61,077 nt of DNA. Source: an uncultured virus (IMG/VR IMGVR_UViG_3300021960_000026). Its lineage: Duplodnaviria > Heunggongvirae > Uroviricota > Caudoviricetes. Shown one piece after another: positions 1 through 7,805 of this stretch. A model generated the notes under the pieces. The model ran no database searches, was not told the DNA's origin, and worked only from the letters and a program-made list of their open reading frames with translations. The stretch is taken from IMG/VR virus record IMGVR_UViG_3300021960_000026; one strand, 5' to 3'. Position 1 is the first letter of the stretch; each line of letters opens with the position of its first letter. A program made the position numbers and the translations under genes.

Positions 1-696
1 GTCACGTGCAACTGCCTGTCTTACCGCTGCCATGAATATGTTGTCCAATTGTCCTCTTGATAGGGTAACTGCACCATCCTCAAATATAAATTCTGCTTCG
101 CTCCAATCAATGGACGCTGCCTGCATTGTTTTGTTTTGCTGGCTTGGTGGAACTATTTTCTTTCCTTTCTGGCTCTTGATAGCAACGTTATTGGTCGGAG
201 TGGGTTGTGGTTTTTCTTGATCCTGTGATGTAGTTTGTTGTGTGTTAGTGGGTGCATTTGCATCCTTGGCACCTGCTACGGCACCCTTTGCAACATCCGC
301 CACGCCCTTTGCCACTGCTCCAACGCCCTTGGCTATTCCGCCTGCAACCTTGCCTACGCCCTTAGCAGCCGCGCCAGCGGCCGTCCCTACGGCGGCTCCA
401 ACTTTTTGACCAGCAGTCATCTTGGTCATTTCCTTTTCGGCATCTCCCGTAGGATAGTTGTTCTTTCTTAGAAAATCTATTACTGTCTGTGGTGTTGGCT
501 TTCCGCCAACCTTGCCCATGAATGTATCAAATTGTTTGATTAACCAGTTGGCTTCCTTGCCAACTTCAAGATTGCCCTTTGCTTGTCTACCAGTAGCACC
601 CGGAACGAATGATTTTGCCTTGTTAGCAAATCGTGATAGCATGCCCTGTGGTGCTTCATCTAATTGTTGTTCGATCAGAATTTCGTTTAAACGCAT
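1..696 (-). CDS. Ala/Gly-rich hypothetical, probable virion/internal head protein (runs off the left window edge; not in ORF track)
   Basis: My translation from ATG at 696: MRLNEILIEQQLDEAPQGML...AAAKGVGKVAGGIAKGVGAVAKGV..., open to position 1; ATAAATA late-promoter motif upstream at 733-727. Confidence 0.7.
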   Translation of the reverse strand, partial: MRLNEILIEQQLDEAPQGMLSRFANKAKSFVPGATGRQAKGNLEVGKEANWLIKQFDTFMGKVGGKPTPQTVIDFLRKNNYPTGDAEKEMTKMTAGQKVGAAVGTAAGAAAKGVGKVAGGIAKGVGAVAKGVADVAKGAVAGAKDANAPTNTQQTTSQDQEKPQPTPTNNVAIKSQKGKKIVPPSQQNKTMQAASIDWSEAEFIFEDGAVTLSRGQLDNIFMAAVRQAVARD

Positions 697-726
697 TGAT
701 AAATGTCCATTACTTTATTAATGTAG

Positions 727-733
727 TATTTAT
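727..733 (-). promoter_or_regulatory. Putative gp55-type late promoter (ATAAATA)
   Basis: Similar to T4 late consensus TATAAATA; the motif recurs before many structural genes in this window. Confidence 0.55.
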
Positions 734-749
734 GTTCGAAAGACTGTAA

Positions 750-1326
750 AGAGAGATCTAAAGATCTCTTGCACTTTCGCTGTCGCTCAGTGCATTTTTC
801 TCCTCACGAACTTTTAAGACACTTATTATATAGTGAACAATAACTGCGAAGCAGTTTTAGCATCATCTAGATTGTATGGTCACAATTAGCCCGTCTCCGG
901 GCCAAAGGTGTGTTTTGAACATCATCTGAGTTCGCACAGTCACAATAGCATTAGAACTACAAGATTGTATAATTTACAATATTTTACACAAAATTTTAAT
1001 ATATTTTGTATATTGTACAACCTAGCGCAGGCGGTTATCCGGTACCTACTCATTCCGTCTTAGTATCTTATGTACAACGGCAGTTATACTTGAAATGCTA
1101 TCTCCAAGTATAACCTGTGGGAATGACCCACTCTTTTAGCCTATTCGTTACTTTATTATTACACAGCAAACCGGTTGTTTTAGGCATATCCGATCGTCGT
1201 CCTGTTAAGGATAGTGCTGTTGCCACTCCGCCGTTACCCAGAGAATTCCTTACCGTGCGACATCACCACGGATTTCGGGCACCATACCAGTTGCCGGTGC
1301 AGGCTTAATTAACGGTTTATACTGCC
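750..1326 (-). ncRNA. Candidate large structured non-coding RNA (~580 nt)
   Basis: No credible ORF; many hairpins, GNRA loop (GCCCG-GAGA-CGGGC) and G-U pairs on the minus strand, two loop-mediated long-range pairings, duplicated 3' module; boundaries approximate. Confidence 0.65.
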
Positions 1327-1761
1327 TTAGAGTATTGTTTTGAGGTGTTCTTTTAGAATTTTGGAACCGCCCACTCGCACGTTGATTATTCCATTGTAAT
1401 AATCGTCTGTTTCCAGCACCCTGCGATCAAACTGTTCCTTTGCCTCTAGATAACTTAGTATGCCTTTGCTTGGACAATAGTGAAGAATTTCTCTTGTAAA
1501 CTTTTCTTCGCCTAGTTTTGCAACGTCTTCCAGAAGATTGTCCGAGGAGCCCCAATAGTCTCTCCAATCGCTTTCAACTGTTGAACGTCTTTTATTTTTT
1601 CTGCCTTTTAAAGGTGGTCTAGTTTTTTTGAATTGAGCAAGTTTCTTGCCTATGTATTTTCGCCCGTTTGTGAGATTTGTGATCAAATAGACAAAGCCAA
1701 TGCATCCCTCCGGAATTTCATCAACAATTTTGTTATTATGTGTCCATTTGTGAGTCGTCAT
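1327..1761 (-). CDS. GIY-YIG endonuclease (short, T4 EndoII/Seg-like)
   Basis: GFVYLITN...KYIGKK motif, YWGSS, conserved Glu (YLEAKEQ) and YYN. Confidence 0.85.
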   Translation of the reverse strand: MTTHKWTHNNKIVDEIPEGCIGFVYLITNLTNGRKYIGKKLAQFKKTRPPLKGRKNKRRSTVESDWRDYWGSSDNLLEDVAKLGEEKFTREILHYCPSKGILSYLEAKEQFDRRVLETDDYYNGIINVRVGGSKILKEHLKTIL

Positions 1762-1993
1762 CAGTCTTACTTACTTTCGACGGTCGACCCACCATGCCTT
1801 TTCTGGCTTCCTTCCTATCTGATCTCTTATTTTGGATTTCTAATCTGCGTGTGCTTGCGTGCCTTCTTATTTCACTTAGCCAAAATCTTGCCTTTATTCC
1901 TGCCTCGTCTGATTCCTTGTATTCAAAACGTTCCTGCCACTTGAAGTAGTTTTGGAACGCTTCTATCATTTGATCATGTGAATCAGTACTCAT
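1736..1993 (-). CDS. Small basic helical protein, possibly Hc1-like DNA-binding
   Basis: AGIKARFWLSEIRRHASTRRLEIQ resembles phage Hc1-like proteins; overlaps both neighbours. Confidence 0.45.
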   Translation of the reverse strand: MSTDSHDQMIEAFQNYFKWQERFEYKESDEAGIKARFWLSEIRRHASTRRLEIQNKRSDRKEARKGMVGRPSKVSKTDDDSQMDT

Positions 1994-2619
1994 GCTTTCT
2001 CTATGTTAAAGTTTATAACAATTCTATAATCTGCATTTCTAGGATGCATGCCTGCATGTAAAAATTTACCATCAAACATTACAGTCCTGCCCTTTCTTGG
2101 TTCTATTCTTTTGCTGATGCTAAGATGTTTTGGGTATTGGCTAGGATCATAATACACTTTATTGTTCCAATCAAAGCCATCCTTGCTTATTTCGTTATCA
2201 AAAATAAAAGTATCACCGTCTGCATCATTAACATAGTAAAGCAACACCCAATGGGGAAGTAGATTATCAATGTGTGGAGTATTAAAACAATTTTCTAAAT
2301 CTGTATAAACTTTAGGTTGTAGATTTGCTTTGACTCTCTGTAAGGTTCCTGTTATTTCAAACGCTTTTTCAAATCGTTTGTTCATCTCGAGAAACAATTC
2401 GCTGAACGGAGAATTAATTTTTCCATCAAGTATTGCTCCGTGACAGAGCTGGAAGTGTTCAAATATTGGATTATTTTCCTTAAAATGATTTAAAAGTTCC
2501 TGACCTGCTGTGTTTTCGTGTCCTTCGCCGAGATGCCAAGGAAAATCCCCAGTTAGATATTTTTCTATATCGTTTTTTTCAGCATCGGTAAAGATATCAT
2601 CACGAACTATTATGGTCAT
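1990..2619 (-). CDS. 2OG-Fe(II) oxygenase superfamily protein
   Basis: HxD (PHID), LYYVND, GDT, distal His (FLHAG) and R-x-V-I-N-F-N end. Confidence 0.8.
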   Translation of the reverse strand: MTIIVRDDIFTDAEKNDIEKYLTGDFPWHLGEGHENTAGQELLNHFKENNPIFEHFQLCHGAILDGKINSPFSELFLEMNKRFEKAFEITGTLQRVKANLQPKVYTDLENCFNTPHIDNLLPHWVLLYYVNDADGDTFIFDNEISKDGFDWNNKVYYDPSQYPKHLSISKRIEPRKGRTVMFDGKFLHAGMHPRNADYRIVINFNIEKA

Positions 2620-4394
2620 TGTACTATTTCAACATCATTTGAATATGAAGTAAATCCATTCTCCTTAATAACTTTCAGCACGTGATTAACACGACCTGCT
2701 AGATCGTCTCTGTGCGAAATTAGGAACACGTTCTTATTTCTTTCACGTGTCATCTTCTTAAGAATACCAATGGAACTTTCAACACCAGCACTGTCCATAC
2801 CACTATCCACTAACTCGTCAATAAACAATAAGTTGATTGCATGATACAGGCTTTCCCAAACGTCACGGAACGCCCAACTTAAACTTAAAATGAGCCTATT
2901 TCGTTCTCCTCTACTGAGGTTATCAAAGTCTAAGTCCTGTCCTAGTTGTGTAATTGTGACCGTTAAATCGTTCTGAAATTCAACAATGTGCGGTAATCCT
3001 ACCTTAGCAAGATAATAAGTCAAACGCTGATTCAAGTATGCTAGGTTCTGTTCAATGATCTTCTTACGCACAAAAGAATCCTTGTTTGTAAGCAGTTTGT
3101 ATAGGAAGTCCATGTGTTCCTTGACCTTGGTTAGATCATTTAGCGTGTCAAAACTAACTTCCTGTATTGCAGTTTCCTGCAGATCCTTAATCTGTTCAAG
3201 ATATGGATTCTCCTCAGCAGACTTCTTAACCAATTCTTTTTGTAAACTCTCAACGGTGTTACGGTGATTGTATGCTTCTTCCACACTATCATACTGCGTT
3301 ACCGGACAGTTTTCCAATTCTCCGATGTCACTTACAACTTTTGAGTGTTCTTGGTATTGTGTATCATTAGTTAACAGTTGTAATGCTGCTTCCTGCAACA
3401 TTTCTTCCTTCTGTTTTCTAATTTCTACCTGCTTGTTGTCATGAATTTCCTGTCCGCAAGCATAACATTCGTGCTTGTCAATGGATTCTAATTCTTTTTT
3501 AAGTTTAGAAATTAGTTTTTCCTGCTTCTCGTTGTCAGCAGTAATGCTCGCCATCCAACGCTGTGCTTCTTCTAACTTTCTTTTCTTGTCGTTGAAGTTT
3601 TCCCAGCACTTGTGTGCTTCAATCTCTGCTTCAATGTTAATCTTTTCTAGGACAGCAATGCTCTGTTCCAATTCTGCAACGGACTGTTGTTTGCTATCTT
3701 CCCACATTCGCTGTTTGCGCTCAAGGCTTTCAATATTCTGTTGTATTCTTTCGTTCGAAGCCTTGACAGTTTCTATTCTTGTGTTTTCAGTCGTGATGGC
3801 ATCTCTGTTAAGGCGCATTTTTTCTTTCAATGCTTCTGCCTTTTCGGAAAGCAGAGTGATACCCAACAGTTGTTCAATAATCATTCGCTGATCATTGCCC
3901 TTCATTGATAGGAAAGGTTCAGTGTAGGTGTTTAGCGCAAGAATGTGCTTGAACATATCATGGCTCATTCCAAATAAATCTTCGATGGCCTTTTGTGTTT
4001 CTCTGCTGTCACCCTGTGCTTCATCTTGATCAGTTGGTTCCTGCTCAGTTCCGTTGACAGTAAACTTTAATATGTTGGGTTTTCTGCCCCTGTGTATGCT
4101 GTATTCAATACCGTCCTTTTCAAATTCTATGGTAACAAGCATGCCCTTGCCATTAATTTTATTGATAAGGTTATCACGCTTGATGTTTGTTAGTGCGTTG
4201 CCGTAGATTGCATAACTCAGTGCGTTGACAATAGTTGTCTTACCAGTGCCGTTTCTGGAACCACTATCGTCACCGCCTAAGTCAAGGTTTTCACCCAAGA
4301 CAAGAGTTAGTTCACCCTTGTCAAAATCAATTGCCTGGGTTTGATTGCCCACGCTCATGAAATTTTTAACTGTTATATTTTTAATCTTGATCAT
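2616..4394 (-). CDS. gp46: Recombination endonuclease ATPase subunit (T4 gp46 / SbcC-Rad50-like)
   Basis: Walker A NGTGKT, CxxC zinc hook (CYACGQ), LSRGE signature, Walker B LLFIDE, ISH. Confidence 0.93.
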   Translation of the reverse strand: MIKIKNITVKNFMSVGNQTQAIDFDKGELTLVLGENLDLGGDDSGSRNGTGKTTIVNALSYAIYGNALTNIKRDNLINKINGKGMLVTIEFEKDGIEYSIHRGRKPNILKFTVNGTEQEPTDQDEAQGDSRETQKAIEDLFGMSHDMFKHILALNTYTEPFLSMKGNDQRMIIEQLLGITLLSEKAEALKEKMRLNRDAITTENTRIETVKASNERIQQNIESLERKQRMWEDSKQQSVAELEQSIAVLEKINIEAEIEAHKCWENFNDKKRKLEEAQRWMASITADNEKQEKLISKLKKELESIDKHECYACGQEIHDNKQVEIRKQKEEMLQEAALQLLTNDTQYQEHSKVVSDIGELENCPVTQYDSVEEAYNHRNTVESLQKELVKKSAEENPYLEQIKDLQETAIQEVSFDTLNDLTKVKEHMDFLYKLLTNKDSFVRKKIIEQNLAYLNQRLTYYLAKVGLPHIVEFQNDLTVTITQLGQDLDFDNLSRGERNRLILSLSWAFRDVWESLYHAINLLFIDELVDSGMDSAGVESSIGILKKMTRERNKNVFLISHRDDLAGRVNHVLKVIKENGFTSYSNDVEIVQ

Positions 4395-5401
4395 AGGTCG
4401 CGATAAATCTCCGTTAGCATACGCTTGTCATACGTTTCGCTGTCTAATTGTTCTATTTGATTCATTACAATAGTATCAACACTTTCAAACGAAAGATCAA
4501 TAGGATCAATGTTTGATTCCACATCCACCTTTTCTGGAATCAGCATGAGTTCACGCAGATTAAACTGCGGAATGAATTGTTCCTTGATAAAGTTTGCTTC
4601 TTCAAATGTAATCTGCACGTCGATGGTTACACGAGCATGCATCTTTTCTCTTAGATGTTCTTCTGGCTTTTCTAAAAGTTGTGAAAGTTTAAATGTCCTA
4701 TAGACAGGTTGCCCTGGCCAAGTCTTGTATTCAGGAGTTCCACCCCACTCGAGTGTCATCATACCACGCTCGTCGTCCCACGCATCTGCATAGTTGTGTG
4801 GAAATGCGTTACCAATGTATGTTACGTTGCCCTTGGTTTGTCTTTTATGGAAGTGTCCTGAGAATACATACTCCTGATTCACAAAGTGATCCGGTTGTAG
4901 TTCACCATGATCCGGCATTTCTACCATAGCGTTCATCTTAAAGTATGGAAGTTCAAAGTGTCCAAACACGTATCTTGATTTGATATCCTTCACGGTCTTC
5001 CATTCTTCTCCAACCAACCACGGAAGCAGTGTTACGTCATCTTCTGTGAATATTTTAGTGATGGGTACGATGTTAGGAAACAGTCGCATGAATTCAATGG
5101 AATTAATTTCACGCTTGTCCTTGTAGAACAAGTCATGATTACCAACCATGAAATACGTTTTTTCAAATGTTTCGTTGAGTCTTTCTAAATTGGAAACAGT
5201 ATAGTTCATCGTGCTGACGTCAGTGGTCGCACGGTTATGGTGCCAGTCTCCTAAAAAGATACAGGTCTCAGCACCAGCGGCTTTTGCTTCTTCGCAAAAC
5301 CATTTAACAAAATCTTCACAATCTATGTTGTGTGTCCTGCTGCCACTCTTCATTCCAAAGTGAATGTCTGTAAAGCAGGCTGCTTTCTTAAATAACGGCA
5401 T
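4391..5401 (-). CDS. gp47: Recombination endonuclease nuclease subunit (T4 gp47 / SbcD-Mre11-like)
   Basis: Metallophosphoesterase motifs DIHFG, GDWHH, GNHD, GHFH; adjacent to gp46. Confidence 0.93.
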   Translation of the reverse strand: MPLFKKAACFTDIHFGMKSGSRTHNIDCEDFVKWFCEEAKAAGAETCIFLGDWHHNRATTDVSTMNYTVSNLERLNETFEKTYFMVGNHDLFYKDKREINSIEFMRLFPNIVPITKIFTEDDVTLLPWLVGEEWKTVKDIKSRYVFGHFELPYFKMNAMVEMPDHGELQPDHFVNQEYVFSGHFHKRQTKGNVTYIGNAFPHNYADAWDDERGMMTLEWGGTPEYKTWPGQPVYRTFKLSQLLEKPEEHLREKMHARVTIDVQITFEEANFIKEQFIPQFNLRELMLIPEKVDVESNIDPIDLSFESVDTIVMNQIEQLDSETYDKRMLTEIYRDL

Positions 5402-5417
5402 TTTTACTCCTTATGTT

Positions 5418-5446
5418 ATTGTAACTAACTTTAGGTGTTTTGTCAA
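5418..5446 (-). promoter_or_regulatory. Sigma70-type promoter for gp47/gp46
   Basis: TTGACA (5446-5441), 17 nt, TACAAT (5423-5418), then AAGGAG RBS. Confidence 0.75.
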
Positions 5447-5451
5447 GTCTA

Positions 5452-6288
5452 TTATTCTTCGGATTTTTTATCAGTAGTCCTGGGTGCTTCCATTCCATTA
5501 TTCCGACCCGATTCCTGTCTAGACCAACTAGGATTCATGCCGTTCATTTCGAGAATATCGTCTCTAATGTTTTGATTGCGTTTTTCAATGTTAATAATAC
5601 GCACAAACGAGTTAGTGACTGCTGCTGTGTAGTAAGCAAACGGGTTGTTGCTTTTAGACTCATCAAACTGTAAACCAATTTGAGCAAGTTGTAGTATTGC
5701 TTGTCCTTTCATTTCGTCATTGTAAGTGTATCCTCTCACGTTACCACGGGTAGCATAGCGATCGCACAGTTTCATAAACATTCTAGCAAGGTCATTAGTC
5801 ATCTGCCCTTTTTTGAGAGCAAACTGTCCATTTTCCATTCCGCCGTCCCAATGGCTCTTGCCAACGCACACTAGGTTGTCCTTGGCATCAAATTTCCAAT
5901 GTTGGAATGGGGGAAAGTTAACCTTAACGTGCCTATCTGCTGTGCTTTTTTTGGTTTTCTTTCTTGTACTGTCCTCTGGAATGTGTTCAAATGTCATTAT
6001 GCGGAAAATTAAATCCGTTTTTTCCATTTTTCGATAATCAATTTCAAACTGTTTTGCTGGAATCTTTTTACCTGCTGCCTCTACGGCTGCTTCGTGATTT
6101 TGTTTAGCCAATCTAGCAGCACGATTCCTTTTTGCTTCTGCTATGGTTCTTATGTTAATTTTTTCTAGGTTTGGCAGAATAATGTCATATTGATGGTATT
6201 CTTCGTCTACGAATGAGCAAAATGTGTTTTTACTGCGGTGTATCTCTGCCAATAGGTCTTTGTTTGTAAGATATTTAATTTTTTGCAT
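5452..6288 (-). CDS. gp55: Late transcription sigma factor (T4 gp55-like)
   Basis: YLTNKDLL N-terminus; RGYTYNDEM...FDESKSNNPFAYYT; canonical gp55-gp47-gp46 order. Confidence 0.88.
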   Translation of the reverse strand: MQKIKYLTNKDLLAEIHRSKNTFCSFVDEEYHQYDIILPNLEKINIRTIAEAKRNRAARLAKQNHEAAVEAAGKKIPAKQFEIDYRKMEKTDLIFRIMTFEHIPEDSTRKKTKKSTADRHVKVNFPPFQHWKFDAKDNLVCVGKSHWDGGMENGQFALKKGQMTNDLARMFMKLCDRYATRGNVRGYTYNDEMKGQAILQLAQIGLQFDESKSNNPFAYYTAAVTNSFVRIINIEKRNQNIRDDILEMNGMNPSWSRQESGRNNGMEAPRTTDKKSEE

Positions 6289-6308
6289 GTTTTAGATAGT
6301 TCTCCTAA

Positions 6309-6345
6309 TATTTATTATAATAGCACATAATGAAAGAAATAAATA
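6309..6345. promoter_or_regulatory. Divergent late-promoter motifs: ATAAATA on minus (6315-6309, toward gp55) and on plus (6339-6345, toward baseplate genes)
   Basis: Both motifs lie in the 84-bp divergent intergenic region. Confidence 0.55.
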
Positions 6346-6372
6346 GAGTAAAGATAAGGAAATATTACCAAA

Positions 6373-7503
6373 ATGGCAGGATTAAACATAAACCCATTAC
6401 CGTTCCTAGTACAGAAGGTTGATCAGGGGATTCAACAGGCAATAGCAGCCTATGATGAAGCAAAACCTAAGATTGGAGCAGCACTGGAAAAAGAAAATTT
6501 AGATGCAAAGATTGCACAATTGGCAGGAGAGTTAGGAAGCGGACATAATCAGGCATCAGGCGCAGGAGGAACATTCTTTGATCAAATAAACACAGGAATG
6601 GGACAGGTAAAAGACACTGTTAACAGTCCTTTAGGAATCGGATCAGTAAGTTCACTGACTGACGGAGGAACATTTGGAGCCATCGGAGACGCTGCTAGAA
6701 ATGTCGGCAAGGACATAAGCGGAGTATTAGGAAAGTTTACAGGTGGTGATCTAGCCGGAGGATTCCAGGATTTAGCAAAAGGAATTTCAAAGGGCGCAGG
6801 TGCACTTAATGATTTATTAAGCCTAAAGAGAGCAGAAAATTTACCGCAGAACGGAGAATTATTTAAAAATACAGGACAGGGAATTACAGTGCAGCCTCAC
6901 GATAGTGATGACTGGCGTGTTAGAATTTCATGTGACTGGACTCTGTTTCAAGGCAATCCTTTGTTTGCACCATTGAACGATGAAGGAACCAAGGGGGTTG
7001 TATTTCCTATGTTGCCATCGGTTTCATATTCAACCAAGGCAAATTATACTTCCATAGATCCTATACACAACAACTATCCATTCCAGGCCTATAAAAATAG
7101 TGAAGTGGACGCAATTAATATAGATGGAACATTTGTTTGCGAAAACGAAAAACAAGCAGCCTATTGGATTAGTTCAGTAGCATTTTTTAGAACCATGACA
7201 AAAATGTTTTTTGGTCGAGGTGCCAATGCAGGTGCTCCGCCTCCCGTTTGTCAACTCAGCGGTTATGGTGCTAGTTTCTTTGATAATGTTCCTGTGGTAG
7301 TCAAATCATTTAGCGTGGATATGCCCAACGATGTCAACTATATACGTTGTGACAGATTTGGAACAAACACGTGGGTTCCTGTTACAAGCACGATCAATGT
7401 TCAAGTACAGCCAGTTTACAATAGAAGAAATCTAAGACAGTTTAGTTTAACAGATTATGCACGAGGAACACTAAAAACTCCGACAGGACAAGGATACTTA
7501 TAA
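6373..7503 (+). CDS. Baseplate tail-tube initiator/cap-like protein (gp48/gp54-like) with Gly-rich N-terminal extension
   Basis: Tube-fold-like C-half (VVFPMLP...PIHNNY...PPPVCQLSGYG...VPVVVKSFS); position before gp53. Confidence 0.55.
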   Translation: MAGLNINPLPFLVQKVDQGIQQAIAAYDEAKPKIGAALEKENLDAKIAQLAGELGSGHNQASGAGGTFFDQINTGMGQVKDTVNSPLGIGSVSSLTDGGTFGAIGDAARNVGKDISGVLGKFTGGDLAGGFQDLAKGISKGAGALNDLLSLKRAENLPQNGELFKNTGQGITVQPHDSDDWRVRISCDWTLFQGNPLFAPLNDEGTKGVVFPMLPSVSYSTKANYTSIDPIHNNYPFQAYKNSEVDAINIDGTFVCENEKQAAYWISSVAFFRTMTKMFFGRGANAGAPPPVCQLSGYGASFFDNVPVVVKSFSVDMPNDVNYIRCDRFGTNTWVPVTSTINVQVQPVYNRRNLRQFSLTDYARGTLKTPTGQGYL

Positions 7504-7504
7504 T

Positions 7505-7804
7505 ATGGCAACCTATAGTTCATCATCACCGTACGCTGTCACTGAACAGAATAATCTTTATCTTGAATTACTAAGGATTAGACCAGTACCAGCCGAGTCG
7601 GATGATTTTCTTTACACAATTGAAAATCAATACAAGCATAGACCCGACCTGTTGGCATACGACCTGTACGGAGATCCTAAACTATGGTGGGTGTTCATAC
7701 AAAGAAACATGGAATCAATAAAGGATCCAATTTACGATTTTGAACCAGGAAAAAGAATTTACATTCCCAAAGAGTCCAACTTGAGAAAATTCTTAGGAGT
7801 CTAG
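7505..7804 (+). CDS. gp53: Baseplate wedge subunit gp53-like (LysM-type)
   Basis: RPDLLAYDLYGDPKLWWVF motif. Confidence 0.8.
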   Translation: MATYSSSSPYAVTEQNNLYLELLRIRPVPAESDDFLYTIENQYKHRPDLLAYDLYGDPKLWWVFIQRNMESIKDPIYDFEPGKRIYIPKESNLRKFLGV

Positions 7805-7805
7805 T

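Noticed and set aside
32..721. Plus-strand ORFs 32-220, 235-471, 458-721 (also 1117-1308)
   Set aside because: Antisense shadows of the real minus-strand gene or of the structured tract; atypical composition, no RBS
861..946. CRISPR or TIGR-type guide array
   Set aside because: Only two units, and no cas or Nop-domain gene recognised in the window
750..1326. Retron msr-msd, tmRNA, RNase P or tRNA
   Set aside because: No reverse transcriptase in the window and none of the hallmark sequences of these RNAs seen
750..1761. Group I/II intron with GIY-YIG homing endonuclease
   Set aside because: No interrupted host gene, and I could not find group I P7/S or group II domain V consensus; flanking genes appear intact
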